A program made the position numbers and the translations under genes. The notes under the pieces were generated by a model. That model searched no databases, was not told where the DNA came from, and saw nothing but the letters and a program-made list of their open reading frames with translations. DNA of 64,000 bases. Origin: Deltaproteobacteria bacterium (GTDB lineage: Bacteria > Myxococcota > Kuafuiibacteriia > Kuafuiibacteriales > Kuafuiibacteriaceae). Of the stretch, positions 46,482 through 55,138 are shown in pieces (positions within the stretch are counted from its first letter, which is position 1; every line of letters starts with the position of its first letter). Location of the stretch: NCBI GenBank assembly GCA_016713425.1, contig JADJPE010000005.1, forward strand, positions 3,901,532 to 3,965,531. The letters run 5' to 3'.

Positions 46482-46641
46482 CTGTTGTGGTGCCTCTCGG
46501 CTTTGAGACGACGACCATCAGCTCCTAATCAAGGCCAATTTCGCACCGATCGTTCGCTAAGGGTTTCTGGCGGAGTGCGGCGCAAAAGTTTGACGATGGT
46601 TCGGGCACCCTCCAATCTCATGCCCATCGGACCGAGGCATC

Positions 46642-49600
46642 ATGGCGAAGCGTGAAGGGAGACGACGAAACCAACTGGAGGAGGTCGACGTTCCGGCCCA
46701 CGAGGGTCCCGAATCCGGCCTTGCAGCGCCGGGACGGGGCTTCGAAGCCCTCGGCATCATCATGTTGCTGGGCTCAGTCGCCCTGTGCATTGCGCTCGTT
46801 TCGTTTGATCCGCGCGACATCGAGGGCAAGACGAACCTGGTCGGCCCCCTTGGCGGGCGCCTGGCCGAGGTCCTGCTCGGCGGGATCGGTGTCGTCGGAT
46901 ATGTTGCAGCGCTCTTCTGCGTGGGCTTTGCGGGTGCCGTGATTCTGGGACGGGCTCGTTGGCCGTCTGCGCTCGCCTGGGGGTCCGCTACGGGTGTGCT
47001 GGTGGGGTCGACGATCCTTGCTCACTTGCTCTCTGGCGGTGCGATGGTGCTCGGATATCCGGCGGGCGGCGTGGCCGGGCTTGTTCTCGGTCGGCTCTTG
47101 CACGGATTTGCGGGCGCGGGCGGTGCGGCGCTCGTCGCGGTGGGGCTGGTGCTCGTCGGCCTGATTGGGCTGACCGACATCTCGTTCCGAATTGCCTTCT
47201 TGGACATGGCCCGCCTGTTTCGATGGCTGACGGGTGGGCTTGGTGGTCAGGTGCGTGTCTGGAGTTCATCAAGGCGGGCCGCCCGCCTCCGTGAACGAGA
47301 GCTCTTGGAGGCCGCCCGCTCGAAGAGGGCTCAGGAACGTCTCGAACGAGAAGAACGGGCGCGGCTTCTTTCCCAGAGCCTCGAAGAGAAGCGTCGTGTT
47401 GCGATCTTGAAGGCCACGGCTCGCGCTGAGGAGCGTGCGCTCAAGAAGCTGGCGGCGCAGGACGCTCGGAGCCGTGGGAAGACGCCGATCTCGGGCGTGC
47501 TTGCGCTCGCGCCCGGGAGCACGGCGGCCGTGTCCACGACCCCGAATCCACTCGCGGCGTCGAGCGCGTTGTCGGCGTCGAGCGCGTTGTCGGCGTCAAG
47601 TGCGTCGACAGCTTCGAGCGCGCGGGCGACGTCGAATCCGCGGGCGACGAAGTCGGCCTCGGCGGTCGTGGCGACGGAGCCCGCGATCATCGTACGTTCC
47701 TCGCGGCCCATACCGGAGGACATCCCGGCGGCTCGGGACGACGACAACGCTTCCCGGGACGAAGAACCGTTCGATGACGCGGACGAGTTCGATCGCATCA
47801 ACGCGGACGGCCACCACGAAGGATCTCGTGCTGACGACGGCGTCTACGCTTCCGACGACGCCGAGAGCGAGGACCTCGCCGCGAGCGACGACGACGATGA
47901 AGATGCGAGCGACGACGAAGACGCCGAGCAGGACGCAGTCTACGACGACGGTGAAGACGACGGTGAAGACGACAGTGAAGACGACGGAGAAGACGAGGAC
48001 GAAGACCGAGAAGAAGATGCGGATGACGACGAGGATGGGGATGGCGCCGAATTCGGGGCTTCTTCTGACGAGGATGCCTACGACGATGACGACGATGACG
48101 ATGACGACGACGATGAGGACGGGGAGCAAGAACGTCCGCTAAGCGCGAAGGACATTGGCCGGCGACGGCTCGTCGGCGATGATCCGGCCGAAGTGATCGA
48201 GCGGCTGGATCGCCAAGGTCGAGCGGGTGCGCGTGCTCTGAACGGACCGAAGATTCATCGAAGACGCGCGTCGAATCCCGCGTTCGATGATGCCGACGAC
48301 GGGGTCGCTCTAGGCGCCGATTCTGTGTCGGCGCGTGTGGCTCCGGCGCCGGCGCCCAAGCCGGTCTACGAGATGCCTGCGCTCGGTCTTCTGGACTACG
48401 AAGGCGAGGCGCCCCAGCCGGTCAATGGCGAAAAGTTGCGTGCTCGGGCGACGCGACTCGAAGAGAAGCTCCGGACGTATGGGGTCGAAGGCAAGGTCGT
48501 CTCCATTCGCCCCGGACCCGTCGTGACGACGTATGAATATCAGCCGGCGCCCGGCGTGAAGGTCGCCAAGATCGCGGGGCTTGCCGATGACATCGCGATG
48601 TCGATGGAGGCGCTGCGTGTTCGCATCGTTGCGCCGATTCCGGGCCGTGGGGTGGTTGGCATCGAGCTACCGAACGACGAGCGCGAGAACGTCTATCTGA
48701 AAGAGCTCATTGCGCACGAAGGCTTCAAGAAGTCGTCGTCGCCGTTGTCGCTGGCGCTTGGCAAAGACGCCGAAGGCGAGCCGCGGTTTCGCGACCTTCG
48801 AAGCATGCCGCACTTGATGATGGCCGGAACGACGGGCTCTGGAAAGTCCGTCAGCATGAACACGGTCATCTTGTCGATTCTCTACAAAGCGACGCCCGAC
48901 CAGGTGAAGTTCATCATGGTCGATCCGAAGATGCTCGAGCTGTCCCTTTATCAAGACATCCCGCATCTTCTCTTGCCGGTCGTGACTGACCCTAAGAAAG
49001 CGTCCATCGCGCTCCAGTGGGCCGTCGACGAGATGGAACGCCGCTACAAGATGCTCTCGGATCTCAAGGTGCGAAGCATCGAAGGGTTCAATCGTCGCCT
49101 GGAGAAGCTCCGCGAACGGCGAGACCGTCTCGAGGAGGGCGGGACGGCCGCAGCGGAGGTCGCGTCCATGTACGATCCGTGGGCTGGGGAGCCTTTGCCC
49201 GAGCCTCTGCCGTATATCGTCATTCTCATCGACGAGTTTGCGGATCTCATGTGCGTGGCGCCGCGCGATGTCGAATCGTCGGTTCAGCGGCTCGCGCAGA
49301 AAGCGCGGGCGGCGGGGCTGCATATGCTCCTCGCCACCCAACGACCCTCGACGGACGTCATCACGGGCGTCATCAAGAACAATTTTCCGTCCCGCATCTC
49401 GTTCCGCGTCGCCTCCCGGCACGACAGCGCAACGATTCTCAATGCGCCGGGCGCCGAGAATCTGCTTGGACGCGGCGATTCGTTGTTTCTGAGTGTCGAG
49501 GCCCCGGCACCCGTCCGGATCCACGGGGCCTTTGTCTCCGAGACGGAAGTGGAGCGCGTCGTCGATTTCTGGCGCGGTCAGGCCAAGCCCAGATACGATC

Positions 49601-49875
49601 CGACGATCCTCGAGGCGCGCAAAGATGATGCCGCCGACGGGACGGGCGCCGAGGACGCCGACGAGCACTACGACGAGGCCGTTCGCATCGTCACTGAAAC
49701 TCGTAAGGCGTCGATATCCGCCCTCCAACGCCGACTTCGTGTGGGGTATAACCGCGCCGCGCGCATGATCGAGATGATGGAAGCCGAAGGCATCGTCGGC
49801 GGCGCGATGGGTCCTAAGGGTGAACGCGAGGTCCTCGTTCGTCCCATGGGGGTCGACGGGCCGCCTCGGGTGTGA
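46642..49875 (+). CDS. ftsK: DNA translocase FtsK/SpoIIIE
   Basis: N-terminal 4-TM domain. ~120-aa poly-Asp/Glu linker. Motor 'MAGTTGSGKSVSMNTVILSIL', 'LLATQRPSTDVITGVIKNNFPSRISFRVAS'. Gamma domain 'ISALQRRLRVGYNRAARMIEMME'. Confidence 0.9.
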   Translation: MAKREGRRRNQLEEVDVPAHEGPESGLAAPGRGFEALGIIMLLGSVALCIALVSFDPRDIEGKTNLVGPLGGRLAEVLLGGIGVVGYVAALFCVGFAGAVILGRARWPSALAWGSATGVLVGSTILAHLLSGGAMVLGYPAGGVAGLVLGRLLHGFAGAGGAALVAVGLVLVGLIGLTDISFRIAFLDMARLFRWLTGGLGGQVRVWSSSRRAARLRERELLEAARSKRAQERLEREERARLLSQSLEEKRRVAILKATARAEERALKKLAAQDARSRGKTPISGVLALAPGSTAAVSTTPNPLAASSALSASSALSASSASTASSARATSNPRATKSASAVVATEPAIIVRSSRPIPEDIPAARDDDNASRDEEPFDDADEFDRINADGHHEGSRADDGVYASDDAESEDLAASDDDDEDASDDEDAEQDAVYDDGEDDGEDDSEDDGEDEDEDREEDADDDEDGDGAEFGASSDEDAYDDDDDDDDDDDEDGEQERPLSAKDIGRRRLVGDDPAEVIERLDRQGRAGARALNGPKIHRRRASNPAFDDADDGVALGADSVSARVAPAPAPKPVYEMPALGLLDYEGEAPQPVNGEKLRARATRLEEKLRTYGVEGKVVSIRPGPVVTTYEYQPAPGVKVAKIAGLADDIAMSMEALRVRIVAPIPGRGVVGIELPNDERENVYLKELIAHEGFKKSSSPLSLALGKDAEGEPRFRDLRSMPHLMMAGTTGSGKSVSMNTVILSILYKATPDQVKFIMVDPKMLELSLYQDIPHLLLPVVTDPKKASIALQWAVDEMERRYKMLSDLKVRSIEGFNRRLEKLRERRDRLEEGGTAAAEVASMYDPWAGEPLPEPLPYIVILIDEFADLMCVAPRDVESSVQRLAQKARAAGLHMLLATQRPSTDVITGVIKNNFPSRISFRVASRHDSATILNAPGAENLLGRGDSLFLSVEAPAPVRIHGAFVSETEVERVVDFWRGQAKPRYDPTILEARKDDAADGTGAEDADEHYDEAVRIVTETRKASISALQRRLRVGYNRAARMIEMMEAEGIVGGAMGPKGEREVLVRPMGVDGPPRV

Positions 49876-49897
49876 GCATATCGCCCCAGTTGTTGCC

Positions 49898-49938
49898 GTT
49901 TGCATCCCGAGCGTGCAAACGTAGGAAATAGCCTACGT
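49898..49938 (+). terminator. Two adjacent hairpins (GTTTGCA-N9-TGCAAAC; ACGTAGG-N6-CCTACGT) downstream of ftsK. No T-tract, so not a canonical intrinsic terminator
   Basis: Inverted repeats read directly from the sequence. Confidence 0.3.
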
Positions 49939-49946
49939 GGCCACCC

Positions 49947-52040
49947 ATGCAGTCGAAGGATGACAACAAGGCGAGCCAAGCGGGGCACGCCCAGGTCGAA
50001 GGCGGACCGACGGCCCGTATCGCCCCGCCCGAGGGCTCTTCTCCATCTGCACCCCCGTCACGCCCTCGCGTCGCGCTCGCGCCCGTCGAATCGTTCGTGG
50101 CCGAGGCCGAGTCGATCTCGGTAGATGGGAGTGTGGTCGAACTTCTCGATCGCTCCGAAAGCGACGACGCACCCGACGACGCACCCGACGACGCGCCAGC
50201 GTCCCTTGGGCGGCCGCTGGTGGCGGTGGCGGATCTGCCCGATGCGGCCGCGTTCATTCCGACGCAGGTGGGCGCTCCAGCGTACGACGGGTCGAAGGCG
50301 ATGATCGCGGCTGCGACCGCCCCATCGTCTTCGGTGTCCTTGGTCGATCCACGTGTGGGTATGACCCTGCTTGGCCGCTACCGACTCGACAAGCTGATCG
50401 GCAAGGGCGGCATGGGGCGGGTCTATCGAGCGACGCAGTTTCCGTTGAACCGAGCGGTTGCGGTCAAGATCCTGAGTCCCGAATTTCAGAAGAAAGACCC
50501 TCAGTTCGTTCGGCGTTTCTTCCTGGAGGCTGCCTCGGCGGCACGGCTCACGCACCCGAACACGATTACCGTCTTCGACTACGGTGAGTCGGAGGCGGGT
50601 GAGCTCTTCATCGTGATGGAGTACCTTCGCGGGCGCCCGCTCTCGAGGTTGATCAGCCAAGAAGGTCCGCTGCCGCCCGATCGGACGCTCCACATCGCAA
50701 CCCAGGTTTGCCGGGCGCTGCGCGAAGCGCACGGCAAGGGCATCATCCACCGCGATCTCAAACCGGGAAACATTCTCTTGCTCGAGGAGGGTGATGATGT
50801 CGACTTCGTCAAAGTGCTCGACTTCGGGCTGGTGAAGGTCTTCACGCCTCCCGACAGCCGCGGGCATTCGAATGTGCAGGAGCCGCTCACACCGGGCGCG
50901 GGCATCGAAGCCGAGCTGACGAAGGCCGGCATGTTCCTGGGGTCGCCCAAGTATATGTCGCCGGAACAGATCCAGGGCGGACAGGTCGACCCACGCACGG
51001 ACATCTATTCGCTCGGCGTCCTCATGTTCCAGATGACGGCAGGCAAGGTGCCGTTCTTGGGCGCATCGAGCGTCGAGGTCATTTACAAGCACGTGAATTC
51101 GCCTTTGCCGTGGCTTCGCACCGTCAATCCCGCGATCGATCCCCCCGAAGAACTCGAGGCGGTCATCCGTCGCTGTCTCGAGAAGCGGGCCGACCAGCGC
51201 TTCGCGTCGATGGGCGAGCTTCTTGTTCGCCTCAAGGAGCTTCGTCGGAGTCTCACCGGCGTCAGCTTGGCCAGCATGACGGGCGCGGGGCTGGATTTTC
51301 GCTCACAAGCTCGACGCGCCCCGAGCGACGAGAGCCAGGTTTCGTTTCGGCCGCAGACGAGACCTGGGTCTGGTTCGCACCTCGGTCCGAACTCGGCGGG
51401 TGGTGCCGGGGTGGTGGCGATGCCGATTGCACGCCAGCGCGCGGTCGTTCTTGGACCCGACGCGTCGATGGCCGCCTACGCGGGCGATCTGGGCCTTGGG
51501 CATGAGCTGGCGCAAGAGCCTCTTCCGGCGATGCGGCCGGGGCGTCTCTTGCGCGCCGCGCCATTCCTTGCGGCGCTGGCGTTGATTCTCGCCCTCGGTG
51601 TCCTCGCGTTCGTGCTTGCGACGCCCTATCCATGGGCTTTTTGGGGTACCGACGGCGAGCTTGCGCGGGTGCGCTCGGCTGCGGCGCAAGATCGCTCCGT
51701 CAGCTCAGCCGTCTCGGCCGTCTCGGCCGCATCGAGTGCGAAGGTTCGGTTTCAGACGCAACCGCCGGGCGCCGAGGTCCTCGTCGATGGTGTAGCCCTG
51801 GGCCGAACACCGTTCGAGCGGACTTTCCCGCGCGATACCGATTCTTCGGACCTGCACGAAGTGAGCTTTAAGCTCGAAGGATACACGGTGGAGCGGCGCC
51901 GAGTGAGGTTCGATGGCCGGCCGCTTACACTCGACGTGGAGCTCTTCGAAGAACCCACGCCGACGGCGCCACCTGCCTCTTCCTATGGACGGAGTCGTCC
52001 CAATGCGCAAGAAGAGGACTACAAGGATAATCCATACTGA
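49947..52040 (+). CDS. Ser/Thr protein kinase with TM segment and C-terminal PEGA domain
   Basis: 'IGKGGMGRVYRA', 'HRDLKPGNILL', 'DFGLVK' and 'GSPKYMSPEQ'. C-terminal 'RFQTQPPGAEVLVDGVALGRTPFERTF' is a PEGA domain. Confidence 0.85.
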   Translation: MQSKDDNKASQAGHAQVEGGPTARIAPPEGSSPSAPPSRPRVALAPVESFVAEAESISVDGSVVELLDRSESDDAPDDAPDDAPASLGRPLVAVADLPDAAAFIPTQVGAPAYDGSKAMIAAATAPSSSVSLVDPRVGMTLLGRYRLDKLIGKGGMGRVYRATQFPLNRAVAVKILSPEFQKKDPQFVRRFFLEAASAARLTHPNTITVFDYGESEAGELFIVMEYLRGRPLSRLISQEGPLPPDRTLHIATQVCRALREAHGKGIIHRDLKPGNILLLEEGDDVDFVKVLDFGLVKVFTPPDSRGHSNVQEPLTPGAGIEAELTKAGMFLGSPKYMSPEQIQGGQVDPRTDIYSLGVLMFQMTAGKVPFLGASSVEVIYKHVNSPLPWLRTVNPAIDPPEELEAVIRRCLEKRADQRFASMGELLVRLKELRRSLTGVSLASMTGAGLDFRSQARRAPSDESQVSFRPQTRPGSGSHLGPNSAGGAGVVAMPIARQRAVVLGPDASMAAYAGDLGLGHELAQEPLPAMRPGRLLRAAPFLAALALILALGVLAFVLATPYPWAFWGTDGELARVRSAAAQDRSVSSAVSAVSAASSAKVRFQTQPPGAEVLVDGVALGRTPFERTFPRDTDSSDLHEVSFKLEGYTVERRRVRFDGRPLTLDVELFEEPTPTAPPASSYGRSRPNAQEEDYKDNPY

Positions 52041-52064
52041 GCGAGCGCCGATGCTCGAGGCGTG

Positions 52065-55000
52065 ATGGCTTCGAGGCGGGCAAAGACGCTCAGGTGGCTC
52101 AATGCTCAATCCATGCGTCTTCTCTTGGTTCTTCTGATCGCGTTCGCGGTGAGTTCTGTTTCTGAAAGGGCTTGGGCCGGAGCCAAAGAGGATGCCCGGC
52201 GCCACTTCGCGAATGGCATGGCCCTGGTGGATGCCGGTCAGTACGCCGAAGGCATCGAGCTTCTCAAGAAGGCCTACGAACTCAAGCCCCATCGCAATGT
52301 GCTCTTCAACATCGCGCGCGCGTACGTGCAAAAAGGCGACGTCGATCGCGCGATCGAATATTTCGAACGCTATCTCGAGACGGCGCCGCCGGATGCCGAC
52401 AAGGTACGGGCCATGTTGGCGGAGCTCGATCTGCGCCGGAGGCTTAGGGGGTTGGTCGATGAGGGCATGCGTGCGATTCAAGCCGGCCGCGTCCTCGAGG
52501 GGATCGCGCTCCTGACGCGCGCGTACGAAGAGCGGCCGCATCGCAATCTCCTGTTCAACATCGCGCGCGCCTACGAGTCGCTGGGCGATGGTGCTCGTGC
52601 GATCGAGACCTACGAGCGGTATCTCGAGACTTCGCCGGCCGATGCGACCAAGGTAAGGGCGCGGGTGGCTCGACTTCGTACTCGCCTTGCCGCCGCAACC
52701 AAGCGCACGAAGCCGAGCCCTCGTCCTCCGGCGGGGGGCGGTCGACGCAAGTCTGGCAAGCGTGCTGCGGATGGTCGCGGGGCGCCCGCCACGAGCGGGG
52801 TGCCGGTCGCGGTGTCAACTCCCGAGGATGAAGCGGCGCGGGCGGCCAAGATCGCGGAGCTCGTGATCGAGAAGATGCGTGCCGAGGGCCTGGTGGGGGC
52901 ACCCGCGCAAGGGCTGGTCCCGGACACCGAGTTGTCCCGCGGGCCGGTGAGCTCGGAGGGGGCCCCTGGTTTGGGTGGTGCACCGGACGTCTCGGCTGGT
53001 CTGGGTGGAACCGGCGAGACCGGCGCGGCGGCGGACGGTGCCGAGGATGAGGTGGGCGAACAACTCGTCACGGACCTCGACTCGCCGTCCGGGGTGGATG
53101 GGTTGGAATCCTCCCCCGTCGCGGGTCTGGTTCTGCCGACCGATACTTCGACGGGCGGGGTTCGGGGTGGTGCCGGCGCGGGCGTGGGGCTCGCGCCTAA
53201 GACGGGCGAGGTCTACGAAGATGTCGTGGTGACCGCATCGCGCCGTGCGCAGTCGCCGCTCGATGCGCCGAATGCCGTCACGATCATCACCGAAGAAGAC
53301 ATTCGGTTGTCCGGTGCCCGTTCGATTCCAGATCTCCTTCGTCGCGTACCGGGAACCGACGTGATCGCGATGTCGTTCTCCGACTTCAACATCTCGGTCC
53401 GAGGTTTCAACAGCCGGCTCGCCAACAAGCTTCTCGTGCTGGTTGACGGGCGAACGGTCTATCAGGACTTCTTGGGCGTGACCGTTTGGGGAACGCTTTC
53501 GATCTCGCTGGCGGACATCGAGCGCATCGAAGTCATTCGGGGCCCTGGTTCTGCGGTCTATGGCGCCTACGCGTACACTGGCATCGTCAACATCATCACC
53601 AAGCGGCCCGAGCAGGTGCATGGCGCGCTGGGAGAGGTTTCGGTTGGTAACGGCCGAAACGTGGGCGGCACGTTCCAATATGGAGAGCGAAAGGGACCGC
53701 TCGGTGTTCGCGTCAGCGGTTCGTATCAGCGAGCCGACAAGTATGAACTCGAATTCGATCCGAAGCGCGTCGACTACACGACAAACGTGACGAATCCCAA
53801 CAAGTCGATCGATTCGTTTCGGTGCGACCTCCTCACCGAGTACAATTTCGACGACGACACGCGCCGCGCGTTCTTGGGGGCCGGGGTCTGGTCCGGGTTC
53901 AACGAGCTGTATGGCGTGTCGTCGCTTCGCAACCAAGCCGTTCAAGGCCAGGAATATCACGTTCGAGCCGGTGTCGACGGCGAAGTGCTGTCGCTTCGCG
54001 CCTTCTGGACTGGCCTTCGAGTGACGTCTACGCCTCAGTTCTATCGCACCGGCCTCGACGACCTCGGTTCGAGGATCCACTCCGACCTCGTGAGCCTCGA
54101 GCCCTTGTTCAAACCCACGCTCGAGTTCCTCGGAACTCACGCGATGGTGTTTGGGGGCGAATATCGCTTCAAGCGTATCGAGTGGGACTACCTGCGTGCG
54201 AACGAAGAGGAACATCACTTCGCCGTCTTCTTCCAAGATGAGTGGGCCGTCGTGCCTGAGTTCAGTGTGCTGCTCAGCGGTCGACTCGACCTGCATCCGC
54301 TGATCGGACCCCTTGCTTCGCCCCGGGCCGCGTTCATCTTGAAGCCCACGCCGAAGCAGGCCATTCGCGCCACGGTGGGCACGGCGTTTCGGCAGCCCAC
54401 CATGGCTGAGACTTATCTCGACCTTGCCGCCAGCTCTCCGGTTGCCGGATCGGCCATTCGTCTCGTCGGAGAGCCCAAGCTCGACCCCGAGAACATCGTG
54501 ACCGTCGATGTCGGTTATCTCTACCAGGCTGACTTTGGGGAGTTCGAGTCGGTGTTCTATCTGAACCGCGTCTCGAACCTCGTGAATCAGACGCCTCTCA
54601 TCTCGACGGGCGTCCAACAGTCTTTCGACCCCAGCATTCCTGCGTTCGTCTCGGCCGAGTCGCTCTACTACAATGAGGACCGAGTCTACCTCGCACTCGG
54701 CTCCGAGATCTCCGGACGCTTGTACCCGGTCGACGGCGTCGATGTGGGCTTGTCGTATGCGTTCCAGTACATCTTCGATGTCGACAACGGCGCGCGCGTC
54801 GAGAACGCGCCGCTTCACAAGGCGACGGCCTGGACCCAGATACGAACCGATCTCGGCGTCGACGTCGGACTCGCAGCCCACTTTGTCTCTTCGCAGAACT
54901 GGATCGAGCAGCAGTTCGACCCTGACGACCCGAGCGGATTTGCGCAGGGCACGTTGCCGGTCGATGCGTCGCTGATGCTGACGGGACGGGTTGGGTACCG

Positions 55001-55136
55001 TCTGTTGCAAGACCGGCTCGAGTTGGCGGTGTCGGGAACGAACCTCCTCGACTTCGGGTCGCTCAGGCATCGAGAGCATCCGTTCGCCAATCGGGTCGAG
55101 GCTCGACTCTTGGTTTCTTTGACGGCGAGGTTTTAG
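52065..55136 (+). CDS. TonB-dependent outer-membrane receptor with ~380-aa N-terminal TPR-repeat extension
   Basis: Two ~60%-identical TPR-containing segments ('...LFNIARAY...RAIE.YERYLET.P.DA.KVRA'). Plug 'DAPNAVTIITEEDIRLSGARSIPDLLRRVPG...GFNSR...VLVDGRTVY...IERIEVIRGPGSAVYG'. C-terminal '...SLTARF' ends in Phe. Confidence 0.8.
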   Translation: MASRRAKTLRWLNAQSMRLLLVLLIAFAVSSVSERAWAGAKEDARRHFANGMALVDAGQYAEGIELLKKAYELKPHRNVLFNIARAYVQKGDVDRAIEYFERYLETAPPDADKVRAMLAELDLRRRLRGLVDEGMRAIQAGRVLEGIALLTRAYEERPHRNLLFNIARAYESLGDGARAIETYERYLETSPADATKVRARVARLRTRLAAATKRTKPSPRPPAGGGRRKSGKRAADGRGAPATSGVPVAVSTPEDEAARAAKIAELVIEKMRAEGLVGAPAQGLVPDTELSRGPVSSEGAPGLGGAPDVSAGLGGTGETGAAADGAEDEVGEQLVTDLDSPSGVDGLESSPVAGLVLPTDTSTGGVRGGAGAGVGLAPKTGEVYEDVVVTASRRAQSPLDAPNAVTIITEEDIRLSGARSIPDLLRRVPGTDVIAMSFSDFNISVRGFNSRLANKLLVLVDGRTVYQDFLGVTVWGTLSISLADIERIEVIRGPGSAVYGAYAYTGIVNIITKRPEQVHGALGEVSVGNGRNVGGTFQYGERKGPLGVRVSGSYQRADKYELEFDPKRVDYTTNVTNPNKSIDSFRCDLLTEYNFDDDTRRAFLGAGVWSGFNELYGVSSLRNQAVQGQEYHVRAGVDGEVLSLRAFWTGLRVTSTPQFYRTGLDDLGSRIHSDLVSLEPLFKPTLEFLGTHAMVFGGEYRFKRIEWDYLRANEEEHHFAVFFQDEWAVVPEFSVLLSGRLDLHPLIGPLASPRAAFILKPTPKQAIRATVGTAFRQPTMAETYLDLAASSPVAGSAIRLVGEPKLDPENIVTVDVGYLYQADFGEFESVFYLNRVSNLVNQTPLISTGVQQSFDPSIPAFVSAESLYYNEDRVYLALGSEISGRLYPVDGVDVGLSYAFQYIFDVDNGARVENAPLHKATAWTQIRTDLGVDVGLAAHFVSSQNWIEQQFDPDDPSGFAQGTLPVDASLMLTGRVGYRLLQDRLELAVSGTNLLDFGSLRHREHPFANRVEARLLVSLTARF

Positions 55137-55138
55137 TC

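Noticed and set aside
52815-55079. 754-aa minus-strand ORF across the TonB-dependent receptor
   Set aside because: Antisense to a gene with unmistakable plug and barrel motifs. Product is Arg/Glu/Asp-rich with no structure. Classic high-GC shadow ORF. The same applies to 56240..57286 (-), 57455..58255 (-), 7607..8786 (-), 20573..21382 (-), 10414..11154 (-), 11617..12462 (-), 31386..31943 (-) and 50058..51092 (-).
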